In this document: piece by piece, positions 49,017 to 62,269 of the stretch
Position numbering within the stretch: the first letter of the stretch is position 1
Layout of the letters: each line of letters starts with the position of its first letter
Assembly: GCA_033762915.1 (NCBI GenBank)
Contig: JANRLD010000071.1
Coordinates: 10,372 to 74,371 of the forward strand
Length of the DNA: 64,000 nucleotides
Reading direction: 5' to 3'
Origin: Meiothermus sp.
GTDB taxonomy: Bacteria; Deinococcota; Deinococci; Deinococcales; Thermaceae
Position numbers and translations under genes: made by a program
Notes under the pieces: model-generated
Seen by the model: the letters and a program-made list of their open reading frames with translations, nothing else
Databases searched by the model: none
What the model was told of the DNA's origin: nothing

Positions 49017-49970
49017 ATGGTGCGGAAGGCTAGCCCGACTACCGTTGCCAAGGCCGCCAACGTTATCCGTTCTGGCGGGCTGGTGGCGTTCCCCACCGAG
49101 ACCGTCTACGGCCTGGGAGCCGACGCTCTCAACGCCGAGGCGGTCGCCAGAATCTTTGCTGCCAAGAGACGCCCCAGCTTCGACCCTCTGATCGTGCACG
49201 TGTCCGACCTCGAGATGCTCTCCCGTGTCGTCGCCGAAGTTCCCCCCCAGGCCGGACCCATGATCGAGCAGTTCTGGCCCGGTGCACTGACGCTGGTTAT
49301 GCCTAAATCACCCCAGGTCCCCGGTCTGGTGACCTCTGGGCTGCCCACCGTGGCGGTGCGGATGCCCAGCCACCCGGTTGCTCTGGAACTCATCCGGCAG
49401 GCAGGCGTGCCAATTGCGGCCCCCAGCGCCAACCCGTTTGGCTACCTCAGCCCGACCAGGGCCGAGCACGTCGAGCGGATGCTGGGAGATCATGTGGACT
49501 TGATTTTGGACGGCGGCTCAACGGAGTTCGGCGTCGAGTCCACCATACTGCTATTGGCCGAACGGCCCACCGTACTTCGATTCGGGGCGGTGTCGGTGGA
49601 ACAGCTCGAGGCCGCAGTTGGGAAGGTCGACCTGCGGGTGGGGGAGAGTCAAAAGCCGCTGGTGCCTGGTCAGTTGCCCTCCCACTACGCCCCGCGCACG
49701 CCCATCCAGCTCGCCCACCCCGAGCAAATTCCTGCCGAGGTCAAGAAGGACGTTGGGTTTCTGGCCTTCAAAGACGTCCCCAAGGGGTTCAAAGTAGTTA
49801 AGCTGCTTTCGCCAACCGGGGATATGCTCGAGGCCGCCGCGCACCTGTTCGAGGCGCTTCACCAGCTCGACCGACTTGGCCTGGAGGCCATTTACGCCGA
49901 GCCGGTGCCGGAGGAGGGGCTAGGGCGGGCCATCATGGACCGGTTGCGCAGGGCGGCAGTTCGGGATTAG
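49017..49970 (+). CDS. sua5: L-threonylcarbamoyladenylate synthase (Sua5/TsaC2)
   Basis: FPTETVYGL, KRRP..DPLIVH, APSAN, PGQ..SHYAP plus SUA5 C-terminal domain. Confidence 0.94.
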   Translation: MVRKASPTTVAKAANVIRSGGLVAFPTETVYGLGADALNAEAVARIFAAKRRPSFDPLIVHVSDLEMLSRVVAEVPPQAGPMIEQFWPGALTLVMPKSPQVPGLVTSGLPTVAVRMPSHPVALELIRQAGVPIAAPSANPFGYLSPTRAEHVERMLGDHVDLILDGGSTEFGVESTILLLAERPTVLRFGAVSVEQLEAAVGKVDLRVGESQKPLVPGQLPSHYAPRTPIQLAHPEQIPAEVKKDVGFLAFKDVPKGFKVVKLLSPTGDMLEAAAHLFEALHQLDRLGLEAIYAEPVPEEGLGRAIMDRLRRAAVRD

Positions 49971-50034
49971 GAGTAAAAAGTGCCCGCGTCTATTGTGCAC
50001 CTAGGGGGCGTGTTGCTAAACTATGCAACACGCT

Positions 50035-51015
50035 ATGCCACGCCAACTTATTGACCGGTACGGTCGGCTCATCAAGGACCTGCGGCTCTCCGTCACGCCG
50101 CGCTGCAACCTGCACTGCCTGTACTGCCACCCGTTGGGTTTTGAGCAGGCCGAGCCGCCGAACAGCGTCAACGTCGAGGATGTGCGCCACTTCCTGACCG
50201 CAATGCACATGCTTGGCCTCGAGTCGGTGCGCTTCACCGGGGGCGAACCACTGGTGCGCAAAGAGCTACCCCAGATGATCGAGGTGGCCAGAGAGGTCGG
50301 CATTCACGACATCGCCATCACCACCAACGGCCTCTTATTCAAGCGAAAGGCCAAGGAGCTGGTGGCGGCCGGCCTCAAGCGGATCAACCTCTCTATGGAC
50401 TCCGTAACCCCTGAGGTTTTCAAGACCATGACCCGCGGCGGCCAGGTGGAAAAGGTCTGGGAGGCCATCGAGACGGCCTGGGAGTTGGGGCTGCACCCGG
50501 TTAAGATCAATGCAGTAATGATCCGCGGAATGAACGAGGACGAGGTAATTCCGTTGGCCTCACTCTCGCTGGACAAACCGCTGGAAGTGCGATTTCTCGA
50601 GTACATGCACCTCGACAACTCCAACCCCGAAATCTACCAGCAGCGCTTCATTGCCGGTTCCGAGACCAGGGCCCGAATCGAGCGACACTTCGGCCCCCTC
50701 TCAACGGTAGACAACGACCCCAGCGCTCCAGCGCGCGTTTACCAGATTCCCGGCGCAGTGGGCAAAATCGGCTTTATCAACCCGGTGGCCGAGCCTTTTT
50801 GCTCCAAGTGCTCGAGGTTGCGGCTGACCTCAGACAAAAAGATTCGTCCCTGCCTGCTGACCGACCTCGAGATGGACATCAACTGGGCCTTTCAAGCCGA
50901 TAACCCTGTCGAGGCGCTGGTGGATGCCATCCTGCTGGCAACAGACCGCAAGCCCGCCTTCGGTAACGTGTTGCCCACGCTGCGGGAGCGGGTAATGGTG
51001 GGGATCGGGGGGTGA
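50035..51015 (+). CDS. moaA: GTP 3',8-cyclase (molybdenum cofactor biosynthesis)
   Basis: CNLHCLYC radical SAM motif, TGGEP, C-terminal CxxC...C cluster, terminal GG. Confidence 0.95.
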   Translation: MPRQLIDRYGRLIKDLRLSVTPRCNLHCLYCHPLGFEQAEPPNSVNVEDVRHFLTAMHMLGLESVRFTGGEPLVRKELPQMIEVAREVGIHDIAITTNGLLFKRKAKELVAAGLKRINLSMDSVTPEVFKTMTRGGQVEKVWEAIETAWELGLHPVKINAVMIRGMNEDEVIPLASLSLDKPLEVRFLEYMHLDNSNPEIYQQRFIAGSETRARIERHFGPLSTVDNDPSAPARVYQIPGAVGKIGFINPVAEPFCSKCSRLRLTSDKKIRPCLLTDLEMDINWAFQADNPVEALVDAILLATDRKPAFGNVLPTLRERVMVGIGG

Positions 51016-51208
51016 GGCGAGAGAGTCGGCGGCGCAGTTAAAACAACCAAGAAGGTTGAACTTGTACCTCTCGAGTTGGAGAAAGTGTCACCATCTATAG
51101 TTCGCTGAGGTGACTTTTGGGTGCGATCAGTGCAGCAGATACTGGCCGCAAACGTTTGGTTTGGAGTTGCGCAATTAACTGCACCTTAACCCCCTCCTCC
51201 TAAGGTGG

Positions 51209-51760
51209 GTGGAGATGGTACTGCCTGTGGCAAACCCTGAAACTTTTCCCGTACTCGAGTCGACCCGGCTGCGGTTGCGGCAAATTCTGCCCACAGACGC
51301 GCCGCAGCTCTTCGACCTCTACGACGAGCCGGAAGTGGCCAAATACCTCGATATCGAGCCACTAAGTAGCCTCGAGGAAGCCCAGGAGCTGGTGGAGGCT
51401 TACCGACAGGGCTTTGTCCAGGGACACAATCTTTACTGGGCCATCACCCAGCAGTCTTCCGAAGAACTGATTGGGACGGTTGGATTCTTCTTCCTGCCCG
51501 ACGGCGAGTCGGCAGAGCTGGACTTTGAACTCTTGCCCTACCACTGGAACCAGGGCATCATTTCCGAAGCCCTGGCCCTGGCCCTCGAGTTTGCGCGGGA
51601 GAGCCTTGGACTGACCCACATCGAAGCCTACGTCGTCAAGGAGAACCCCGCCTCGATTCGGGTGCTGGAGAAGCTGGGATTTTCGCTGGAGGCGCGGTTG
51701 GAGGGGGAGTTCGACACCGAGGCGGGTCGGCTGGACGCCCTAATGTATGTGAAGAGGTAA
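51209..51760 (+). CDS. RimJ/RimL-like GNAT acetyltransferase
   Basis: LESTRLRLR, WNQGIISEAL and NPASIRVLEKLGF motifs. Confidence 0.88.
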   Translation: MEMVLPVANPETFPVLESTRLRLRQILPTDAPQLFDLYDEPEVAKYLDIEPLSSLEEAQELVEAYRQGFVQGHNLYWAITQQSSEELIGTVGFFFLPDGESAELDFELLPYHWNQGIISEALALALEFARESLGLTHIEAYVVKENPASIRVLEKLGFSLEARLEGEFDTEAGRLDALMYVKR

Positions 51761-51867
51761 GTCCCCCAAGCTTGCGTTAAGCTGCCAGTAGTAGTACGTC
51801 CACCAAGGGGGCGTAATAATTTGTACATTTCCGGTCTGCCGGTCCTTAGCGAACGGCATGAGCCCTT

Positions 51868-52827
51868 CTACAACAGCTCGAGACCGCTCCAGCCAGTCAA
51901 CAAGTCTTCTTCGGTCAGGGCCTCTCCGCCCGCCTCGGGGGTCCAGGTGATGTAAGTGGCCAGGGTAGTGACGGGGGTCGTAGAAGCCAGCGCCATCAGC
52001 GCTGCTCGAGCCTCGGCGGCCCGAACGGGGGTTTGGACCTGGGGGAGTGTTCCGTGGGCCGCGACCACAAAGGTCACCAGGATGTAGCGCCCATCCGGCT
52101 CGGCCTTGGGTTCGTAACTGGCGTTGATCTCGGTCTTGCCCTCAAACTTGCGGAAGGTCTCCACAAACTCCGACCTGGCCTCGGTCATCCAGCGGTCGAA
52201 CTGTCCTTCGGCCTGAGTGAGGCCGCCAGTCCAGGTCTCGTAACTGCCGAAGCGCCAGCCGGCCTTGTAGCGCAGCATCAGCACGGCGGTGTTGTCGATC
52301 AGGTCGGCCAGGCCCTTGGTGGTCGTGGTGTTGGCATCAGAGGCAACCCGTTTTAAGGCGTCTTGTAGCTGGCGGCTATAGAGGGTGGCGATGCGCAGCC
52401 GGGCCACGGTGCTCTCGACCTCGCCCCCAGTCCCGCCCTGACCCGCCCGACTCAGCCCCCGCACCATCGAGAAGGCGATCAGAATGAAGGCCCCGATGAA
52501 AATAATCCCAATAATGTCGACTCCAGCTCCACCGATGCCCGGCGCGCCCGGCGTGACGATGACCGGGCCGCCGCGTGGGTAATAGTCGCCCGGATACGTC
52601 GGATAGGTCGGGTAGCTGCGCGGGGTGGGTACCGGGAACGAGGGCGAGGGGCTGGGGTTGACCCGCGGTACCGAGGGCGCTCGAGGGGTGGAGAAACCGC
52701 CGCGACCGCCGACCCCGCCGCCGCTCCGCTGGGCAAAGGCGTCGCTGGTGACTAAACCAGGGGCCAGCAAGGGAGCTTGTCCCAGCAGCAGCAGCCCAAT
52801 GATGCCCCATATCAAGTAGCGTTGCAT
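51868..52827 (-). CDS. DUF1517 family membrane protein
   Basis: SGGGVGGRGGFS N-terminus, TM helix, YILVT and WTP....LTEEDL C-terminus. Confidence 0.8.
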   Translation of the reverse strand: MQRYLIWGIIGLLLLGQAPLLAPGLVTSDAFAQRSGGGVGGRGGFSTPRAPSVPRVNPSPSPSFPVPTPRSYPTYPTYPGDYYPRGGPVIVTPGAPGIGGAGVDIIGIIFIGAFILIAFSMVRGLSRAGQGGTGGEVESTVARLRIATLYSRQLQDALKRVASDANTTTTKGLADLIDNTAVLMLRYKAGWRFGSYETWTGGLTQAEGQFDRWMTEARSEFVETFRKFEGKTEINASYEPKAEPDGRYILVTFVVAAHGTLPQVQTPVRAAEARAALMALASTTPVTTLATYITWTPEAGGEALTEEDLLTGWSGLELL

Positions 52828-52890
52828 CGCCTTCAGTATAGGGGCAGAGGGCAGTGGAAGTGTTGGTTGGCTTTAGGCTGGGCTGCTTAT

Positions 52891-52989
52891 CGCGTTCCAC
52901 CATTACCTCCCTCGTGGCGTTAGGCAATGTTCTCCCTTTAGCAAAAACCGCCCGCTTTAGCGCCGTAGGGAGTATGCGCAGGAACCGCT
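52891..52989. repeat. Palindromic REP/MITE-like intergenic repeat, degenerate copy
   Basis: CGCGTTCCACCATTACCTCCCTCG...GGCAATGTTCTCCCT...GTAGGGAGTATGCGCAGGAACCGCT. Confidence 0.75.
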
Positions 52990-53045
52990 CTTGCTTCTCG
53001 CGCAATGTATGCCCTCCCCCTCTTTGAATCAAGTATTGCACTAAA

Positions 53046-53075
53046 CTTGACATAATGAGACTCAGGTTTTATTCT
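53046..53075 (+). promoter_or_regulatory. sigma-A promoter of lon overlapped by a HAIR-like (HspR) inverted repeat
   Basis: TTGACA-17-TATTCT; CTTGACA-N7-ACTCAGG versus HAIR consensus CTTGAGT-N7-ACTCAAG. Confidence 0.6.
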
Positions 53076-53169
53076 TTTCGGTCTGGCATCCTCCGAATGG
53101 GGGAGAACTCGATTTCTTACGGTTACTTGACCCGCGCGGTAGTAGACTGCGTGTAACGGGGGAGACAGA

Positions 53170-55725
<2,556 letters not shown>

Positions 55726-55832
55726 GAAGCCCCACTGTTGAAACGCGAAATGCCGCCCCAATACAACCGAAGGCAATGGCGCTTCTGCCCCAAACACACC
55801 TGACGCCCTAAGCCAGTTCGATCTAGACTCGC

Positions 55833-55921
55833 CGCGTTTCCCACTATTGCCTACTTCGAGGCGGCAAGGAATGTACTCCCTACAGCGGTCTTTGCTGTAG
55901 GGAGTATGCGTGTGAACCGCT
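55833..55921. repeat. Palindromic REP/MITE-like intergenic repeat
   Basis: CGCGTTTCCCAC...AATGTACTCCCTACAGC-GGTCTTT-GCTGTAGGGAGTATGCGTGTGAACCGCT. Confidence 0.85.
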
Positions 55922-55947
55922 TTCAGGCGAGTCTGTTGAGCCCAATC

Positions 55948-55980
55948 AAGAAAGCCGCCCCCATCGGGGGCGGCTTTCTT
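55948..55980. terminator. Intrinsic terminator between convergent lon and mscL
   Basis: AAGAAAGCCGCCCCC-ATC-GGGGGCGGCTTTCTT perfect inverted repeat. Confidence 0.85.
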
Positions 55981-55990
55981 CCTACAAAGC

Positions 55991-56353
55991 CTACTTCTTT
56001 AACGCGTCGCGAATCTCGCGCAGCAAAAGTACGTCCTCGGGCGGGGCGGCGGGTGCAGCGTCGGGCTTCTTGTTCATGGCCTGAATCTTGTTCATTGGTA
56101 CGACCACGAAGAAGTACAGCGCGCTGGCCACCAGCAAGAAGCCCACCACCGCGTTGAGGAATAGACCGATATTGATGGCTCCCAGCTTCAGCGCCGAAAA
56201 ATCGGGGGTGCCGAAGATCATCCCAATGAGTGGCATCAAGACGTCCTTTACCAGCGAGTTGATGATTGTTCCGAAGGCGGTACCGACCACCACACCTACT
56301 GCCAAATCCAGCACGTTGCCCCGCATGATGAAGTTTCTAAATCCCTCGAGCAT
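55991..56353 (-). CDS. mscL: Large-conductance mechanosensitive channel
   Basis: FIMRGNVLDLAVGVVVG and LLREIRDAL motifs. Confidence 0.96.
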   Translation of the reverse strand: MLEGFRNFIMRGNVLDLAVGVVVGTAFGTIINSLVKDVLMPLIGMIFGTPDFSALKLGAINIGLFLNAVVGFLLVASALYFFVVVPMNKIQAMNKKPDAAPAAPPEDVLLLREIRDALKK

Positions 56354-56519
56354 GGCTGCCTCCCATCGGAACGCCCATGGCTCAGGCCGTCATTTGGGAC
56401 GCTCCACTCAACCTTTGCGTCTGCACCGGCGAGTTCTTGACGTGACGACCTCAGGGCATAGCCTAAGTCTGGTCTGTCGGCCACGTCAAGCTTGTCTAGT
56501 AAGGGTGTTCCTAAGCTGG

Positions 56520-56963
56520 CTACTTGGTGAGCAGCAGGACATGGGCGTAATCACCAAAACCTAAGCTGCGCCAGAACTCCAGCCCGGCCCGGTTTTTTGC
56601 CAGTACCTCGAGAATCACCCTCGAGCACTCTGTTACCCGGCTTTCCATCCACAGCGCAATCGCCGCACGCCCTAGGCCCTTGCGTCGACATTCCCGTGCG
56701 ATGAAAAACTGCCTAAGATAAACCACCTTCTGCTCAGGGTAGAACTCGTCCGGGCTGGTGCGGTAGACGATGTAGCCGACCGGTCGCTCGGTCTCGATTA
56801 GCTCGACCTGATACTCCCCTCGAGCCAGCCACCGCGCCATCCGCCGCTCGAGCTGCTCTAAGGTCATCGGGTTGCGGCTGCGCTCATCTTCAATCAGCTG
56901 CTTGTTCATCCGCGCCAATAGGGCGCAGTCGGCGGGGAGGGCGGGGCGGAGGTTCACGCACAT
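56520..56963 (-). CDS. GNAT family N-acetyltransferase
   Basis: RRKGLGR and N..GLEFWRSLGF motifs; overlaps the bshA stop. Confidence 0.82.
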   Translation of the reverse strand: MCVNLRPALPADCALLARMNKQLIEDERSRNPMTLEQLERRMARWLARGEYQVELIETERPVGYIVYRTSPDEFYPEQKVVYLRQFFIARECRRKGLGRAAIALWMESRVTECSRVILEVLAKNRAGLEFWRSLGFGDYAHVLLLTK

Positions 56964-58072
56964 TCCGCCGTCTGCTGCGCCGCCTTCCGCTCGAACGCGG
57001 CCCGGTAGATGGCCTCGTACTGGTCGGTGATGAGCTTGGGGTTGAAATTTCGGGCCGCGTAGGCCCTCGCTGCCACCCTCATCTGCGGCAGCTCGGGCGA
57101 CTGGAGCAGCTCAACTACGGTGTTGGCGTAGGCCTCGAGGTCGCCAAACTCGGCCAGCCGTCCCACCTCGGGGGTGAGCCACTCGGGGATGCCGCCCACC
57201 TTGGTCGCCACCACCGGAACTCCGCAGGCCAGGGCCTCGAGGCCCGACTGCCCGAAGCCTTCGTACTCTGACGCCAGCAAGAAGAGGTCGGCGGCCCCGA
57301 TCACCTGCTCAGGGTTCTTAACCGAGGCCAGCGAGGTCACCGAGTCGTCCACGCCCAGGCTGTGGGCGATGGAAAGGGTCTCGGCCCGCTCGGGACCGGT
57401 GCCCACCAGGACCAACCGGGCCTTGACCTTCTGGCGAATCTTTGCAAAGGCGTGCACCAGGTCGCCCGCCCGCTTAACGGCACGGAAGTTGGAGGCGTGC
57501 ACCAGCAGGTACTCGTCTTCGGCGGCGTAGAAACGCCTGGCCTCGAGATTGGGCCGGAAGCGCTCGGGGTCCACGGCGTTGAAGATCACCTGGGGGCAGA
57601 CCCCGAAATGTCGGGTGGCTTGGGTCGCCAGGTTTTGCGAGACCGCTGTGACCGACTCGGAGTTCTTTAGGGACTTGGCGGTGATGTTCTGGTACACGGG
57701 GTCTATGCCCAGCAGGGTCACATCGGTGCCGTGGAGGGTGTGGACGAGCGGTACCGCGCCTTCAGAAGCCCAGTATGCGGCGGTTGCATGGGGGATTGCG
57801 TAGTGGGTGTGAATCAGCTCGAGGCCGTCCTCGCGGATGGCCCGCTCGAGGGTACCGGCCAGCGCAAGCGTGTATAGGGGAGAGGGGAATACCGGGTAGT
57901 GGGGGACCTCTACTTGCCTAAACTCCACCCTGCTGCCGGCGGGCAGTCGGAAGGGGAACTCGGTAGCGAAGAGCAGAACCTCGTGACCGCGCTCGCTCAT
58001 ACGGTGGGCGATCTCGGAAGCCACGATGCCGCTGCCCCCCAGACCCGGATAGCAGACCATCCCAATGCGCAT
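56954..58072 (-). CDS. bshA: N-acetyl-alpha-D-glucosaminyl L-malate synthase (bacillithiol biosynthesis, GT4)
   Basis: CYPGLGGSGIVA, HYAIPHA, TLHGTDVT and SNFRAVKR motifs. Confidence 0.93.
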   Translation of the reverse strand: MRIGMVCYPGLGGSGIVASEIAHRMSERGHEVLLFATEFPFRLPAGSRVEFRQVEVPHYPVFPSPLYTLALAGTLERAIREDGLELIHTHYAIPHATAAYWASEGAVPLVHTLHGTDVTLLGIDPVYQNITAKSLKNSESVTAVSQNLATQATRHFGVCPQVIFNAVDPERFRPNLEARRFYAAEDEYLLVHASNFRAVKRAGDLVHAFAKIRQKVKARLVLVGTGPERAETLSIAHSLGVDDSVTSLASVKNPEQVIGAADLFLLASEYEGFGQSGLEALACGVPVVATKVGGIPEWLTPEVGRLAEFGDLEAYANTVVELLQSPELPQMRVAARAYAARNFNPKLITDQYEAIYRAAFERKAAQQTAECA

Positions 58073-58179
58073 GAGCGTAGCCTAACACCGCGACGTCAAG
58101 CTATTGATGTGCGGTTCACGGTTTGGGCCAGAGAGGTCAGGGGAATGTGGTCAGGGCTTGACTTGCTCGGCAGTCAGGC

Positions 58180-59430
58180 TCATGAACTTGGAAGCCAAAT
58201 GCCCACTCGAGCGCCCCCCCCGGCTCGGTTTTCGGCCCGGCACTTTCCGCCCATCACCTGGGCAACAGCCGCGACCAGCGCCAGCCCAAGCCCGACCCCA
58301 TCGCTGCTGTCACGCTTCACGAAGGCTTCGAAGGCCCCCTCGAGGAGACCAGGTGGAAAGCCAGGGCCCTGATCCACCACCCACAGCCACACCCCGTCTG
58401 TTTCAGGCTCGAGGGAGATCTTTTCCACACCACCGGCATGTCGCTGGGTGTTTACGATTAAGTTCTCCACTGCCACCATCAGCATCTTGGGGTCCGCTAC
58501 GGCCTGTCCTCGGCCCTCGCGGGCCACTTGGGGAAAGTGCACAGCAAGCCACTCATCCAAGTCCAGTGTTTGGCCCTCCACCCGTCCTTTGCCCTCGAGC
58601 CGGGCCAGGGTCAGCAGCCCCTCTAGCAGTGCCTGCATCCGCTCGGCCTGCTTGATCGCGCCATCTACGGCCCGCACCTCGCCGGGGCGGCGCACCAGCA
58701 CCTCAAGATAGCCTCGCAACGCCGCCAGCGGGTTGCGCAGTTCGTGCGAGGCCCCGTAGGCGAACCGCTTGGCGGTTTGCTCTTGGGCCTTAAGCTGTTG
58801 CAAGGCGGTCTCCAACTCGGCCATCAGGGCGTTCATGGCCTGAACGGCTGGGCGGGCTTCCGGAAGGTGGGGGGTGGTCAGCGGCTGGAGGTGGTCGGGG
58901 TTGCGTCTGGCGAGCTCTTGCGAGACCTGCTCCAGGGGACGAAGCGAGCGGGACAGCCCCCACGCCCCCACCCCGAAGGCCAACAGGGCCAACGCACCCC
59001 CCACGCTCAGGTAAATCCCCAGCAGGCGCTGCGGCAGCGCCGCCACTTCCAGCAGTGGAACCCCTAGCCCCGCCGCCTCTTCGCCTGGCAGCGCTAGCCA
59101 AAGGGTGTCGCCGCGAATCTCGCGGTAGGTGCGCCCCTCCTCGAGGGTGGGAATTAGGCGCTCGGGCAGCTTGTACTCCCCAGAGTCGGTGAAGACAACC
59201 CCATTACCGCGTACCACAAAGCCCACGCCGCCATACTCCGAGACCAGCCCAGCCAACCCTGCCAGGCTGACGCCCTGGGCCTGAAGCAGCCCCAACCTCG
59301 AGAGGGCAGCCCGCTCGAGAGTGGCCCGGGCGGCATCTTGGGCCTCCCGTACAGTAAGGAACCCCAACGGCACCAGCAGCAGCCCCAGCGCCAGCAGGAG
59401 CCAAAGAAACAGGCGGGTGCGCAAGGTCAT
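58180..59430 (-). CDS. Sensor histidine kinase
   Basis: Two TM helices, ASHELRNPL H-box, DQGPG and GVGLGL. Confidence 0.92.
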   Translation of the reverse strand: MTLRTRLFLWLLLALGLLLVPLGFLTVREAQDAARATLERAALSRLGLLQAQGVSLAGLAGLVSEYGGVGFVVRGNGVVFTDSGEYKLPERLIPTLEEGRTYREIRGDTLWLALPGEEAAGLGVPLLEVAALPQRLLGIYLSVGGALALLAFGVGAWGLSRSLRPLEQVSQELARRNPDHLQPLTTPHLPEARPAVQAMNALMAELETALQQLKAQEQTAKRFAYGASHELRNPLAALRGYLEVLVRRPGEVRAVDGAIKQAERMQALLEGLLTLARLEGKGRVEGQTLDLDEWLAVHFPQVAREGRGQAVADPKMLMVAVENLIVNTQRHAGGVEKISLEPETDGVWLWVVDQGPGFPPGLLEGAFEAFVKRDSSDGVGLGLALVAAVAQVMGGKCRAENRAGGGARVGIWLPSS

Positions 59431-59506
59431 AGGGGCGAGTAATGAGGCCGGGGCCGACAAACCACTCGTCTTTCTTTCACTCAATCTCCCTGCTTCATCA
59501 CAAGGG

Positions 59507-60163
59507 CTACTTTCTAAGGATGTACCCATGGCCCCGCAGGGTGTGCAGCAGCGGCGGATCACCGAGGGCGCGGCGAAGGGCGGAGAGGTGTACCTCGAGG
59601 GTATTGGGCTCGATCTCCTCGCCCCAGACGCGGCTCATCAGGGTTTCCTTGGGAAGCAGGCGCTCGGGGTTCTCGAGGAAGCACTGCAGGAGCTGGAGGG
59701 CCTTGGGGGAAAGTTCCATCACCCTCTCGGCGCGGCGGGCCTCCATTTTGCGCGGATATAGCAACACGTCGGCATACGAGAGCACGTTCTCGTCGCGTTT
59801 GCTACGCCGTAGTAAGGCCTCGAGGCGTGCGATCAGCTCTGAGAGCGCGTAGGGCTTAACGAGGTAGTCGTCGGCCCCCTCGCGCAGCCCCTTGACCCGC
59901 CACTCCACTTCGTCCAGGGCGGTTAGCATCAGCACTGGCACCCCGCTGACCTGGCGAATCTCGCGCACCACCCCAAAGCCGTCGCCGCCCGGCAGCAGCA
60001 CGTCGCAGATCACCACGTCGGGCTGCTGGGCCAGATGCCGCAGTCCCTCGGCTCCGTTGCTCGCCTCGAGGATCACGTACCCCTCGAGTTCCAGCCCCAG
60101 CCGCAGCGCGTCCCGAACGCCGGCATCATCTTCGATCAGCAACACTCGAGGCACGAAACCCAT
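59507..60163 (-). CDS. OmpR family response regulator
   Basis: LIEDD, CDVLLP, MLTA, DDYLVKP receiver plus wHTH ending TLRGHGY. Confidence 0.94.
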   Translation of the reverse strand: MGFVPRVLLIEDDAGVRDALRLGLELEGYVILEASNGAEGLRHLAQQPDVVICDVLLPGGDGFGVVREIRQVSGVPVLMLTALDEVEWRVKGLREGADDYLVKPYALSELIARLEALLRRSKRDENVLSYADVLLYPRKMEARRAERVMELSPKALQLLQCFLENPERLLPKETLMSRVWGEEIEPNTLEVHLSALRRALGDPPLLHTLRGHGYILRK

Positions 60164-60265
60164 TCTCGCACGTTCAGTCTTAAGTGGTGCTGAATTTGTG
60201 TCACGGCGACGCAGCGGGTGGGTCACGGCGCCGCCAGAGCTGCGGGAAGGGATGGGTTTAGCGCT

Positions 60266-62269
60266 TTATCTTCCGTATACGGCCTGTACCTCGCCCTCGA
60301 GGGCCGCCAGATTGCCCGATGGGAGGCGGCAAGCGCCCTGCTGGCAGAGGTAGGCCAGACCAGGGGCCCTAGAGGCCAGCAACGGCAGGCTGTCCGCCGG
60401 TCCGTAGATCAGCGTCGTGAGCGGAAGGAACTGTTGGCGAATCTGTCCCACCCAGGGGGTGGGGCTTACAGCCGCCAACTCGGTGCCTCGAGTGCCGACG
60501 AGGTGGGCTTGCAGCAAAGCCGGAAAGCCGAAGGCGCTGCGCTGCAAACTCTGGGCATACACCTCGACGGCAGACATCGCGGCCTGGTGCCAGTCGGGGC
60601 GCTCGAAGACTGCGGCCAGCCGGAACAGCAGCTCTGCCGCCGAAGCGCTGCCCGAAGGATACGGCCCGTCGTAAACGTCCTTGACCTTGATGGGTAGAAC
60701 GGTGTCGAGGGAGTCCTTGAAGCCGCCGTCCTCGTCGGAAAAGTGATCCAGGATCGCCTCGCTGAGGGCGCGGGCGGCCTCGAGCCATTCCGCCTCTCCG
60801 GTGGCCTGGTAAAGCTCCAATAGGCCCAGCCCGTAGTTGGCCTGATCGGTTAAGAAGGCCTGCCCCTTGAGCTGGCCCGCTCGCCATGAGTGACGTAAAA
60901 GCCCGTCTCGGAGCATGATACCCAGCACAAATCGGGCGTTGCGCCGGGCCGCCTCCAGGTACCTTGGCTCGTCCAGCAGGCGCCCGACCTCGGCGAAGGC
61001 CCGCAGCATCAGGCCGTTCCAGTCGGCCAGGACTTTGTCGTCGGTGAGGGGCCAGACCCGCCCTTTGCGCGCCGCGTAGAGCCGTTGGCGTAGCCGCTCG
61101 ACCCAGGCCGAATAGTCAACCTCAGACAGACCCAGAGGTTCTCGCAGGGCCGAGTCCGGGAATCGCCGCTCGAGGATGTTGGCCCCCTCCCAGTTTCCCG
61201 CCTCCGAGACCCCGAACAGCTTGATTGCTGCGTCGGCGTCTTCCCCCAAGACTTGCCGCACCTTCGATTCGCTCCAGACATAAAACTTACCCTCGACGCC
61301 CTCCGAGTCTGCGTCCTGAGCCGAGAAAAATCCTCCGTTTTCGCCGGTCATCTCGGTCAGGACATACTCCAGGATCTCTCGAGCGACCCGCTCGTACCTT
61401 GCGGAGGGCTGATTCTGCTCTGCCAGCACCCTGGACGCTCCGGCGTATACCCGGGCCAGTTGGGCGTTGTCGTAGAGCATCTTTTCGAAGTGGGGCACCC
61501 GCCAGATGCCGTCGACGGCATAGCGGTGAAAGCCACCGCCCACCTGATCGTAGATGCCACCCTCCATCATTCGGTCCAGGGTAAGCTCGAGATGCTTTTT
61601 GGCCAAATCGTCGCCCAACCAGGCATGGGATAGCAAGTATAGGAGGGCGGGCGACTGCGGGAATTTGGGCGGGCCGCCGAAGCCGCCATAGGCCGGGTCG
61701 AAGTTGCGTGAGAGTCCCGACAGCGCGCCGGTATGGAGGCTTTCGGGAAGTGCTGCGCTGCGTGGTCGCAGGGCGTTTTGCAGGTGGGTGGCCAGGGTGT
61801 TGGCGTTGTCGTCAACGTCCTTCATGTTGGTCCGCCAGGCCTCGAGTACACCGCTCAGCACGTTGGGGAAGCCCGGATAGCCTTGGCGGCTCTGAGGGGG
61901 CCAGTAGGTGCCGCCGAAGAAGGGGCGTAGGTCGGGCTTGAGGAACATGTTCATTGGCCAGCCCCCCGAGCCGGAAAGGGCTTGAAGGGCCGACATGTAG
62001 ACATGGTCCACGTCTGGGCGCTCCTCGCGGTCTACCTTGATGTTGACGAAGTGCTGGTTCATGAAGGCCGCGATCTGGGGGTTTTCGAAGCTTTCCCGCT
62101 CCATCACGTGGCACCAGTGACAGGTGGCGTAGCCTACCGAAAGGAAGATGGGCTTATTCTCGGCCCGGGCTTTTTCGAACGCCTCCTCGCCCCAGGGATA
62201 CCAGTCCACGGGGTTGTGGGCATGTTGGAGCAAGTAAGGGCTGGTCTCGAGGGAGAGTCGGTTGGGCAT
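60266..62269 (-). CDS. YyaL/SPATA20 family thioredoxin-domain protein (DUF255 plus glycosidase-like fold)
   Basis: [21 protein letters not shown] and PHFEKMLYD motifs. Confidence 0.93.
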   Translation of the reverse strand: MPNRLSLETSPYLLQHAHNPVDWYPWGEEAFEKARAENKPIFLSVGYATCHWCHVMERESFENPQIAAFMNQHFVNIKVDREERPDVDHVYMSALQALSGSGGWPMNMFLKPDLRPFFGGTYWPPQSRQGYPGFPNVLSGVLEAWRTNMKDVDDNANTLATHLQNALRPRSAALPESLHTGALSGLSRNFDPAYGGFGGPPKFPQSPALLYLLSHAWLGDDLAKKHLELTLDRMMEGGIYDQVGGGFHRYAVDGIWRVPHFEKMLYDNAQLARVYAGASRVLAEQNQPSARYERVAREILEYVLTEMTGENGGFFSAQDADSEGVEGKFYVWSESKVRQVLGEDADAAIKLFGVSEAGNWEGANILERRFPDSALREPLGLSEVDYSAWVERLRQRLYAARKGRVWPLTDDKVLADWNGLMLRAFAEVGRLLDEPRYLEAARRNARFVLGIMLRDGLLRHSWRAGQLKGQAFLTDQANYGLGLLELYQATGEAEWLEAARALSEAILDHFSDEDGGFKDSLDTVLPIKVKDVYDGPYPSGSASAAELLFRLAAVFERPDWHQAAMSAVEVYAQSLQRSAFGFPALLQAHLVGTRGTELAAVSPTPWVGQIRQQFLPLTTLIYGPADSLPLLASRAPGLAYLCQQGACRLPSGNLAALEGEVQAVYGR

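Noticed and set aside
51031..51185. 11-bp imperfect inverted repeat enclosing ~150 bp, possible MITE
   Set aside because: Single occurrence, no target duplication, compatible with chance
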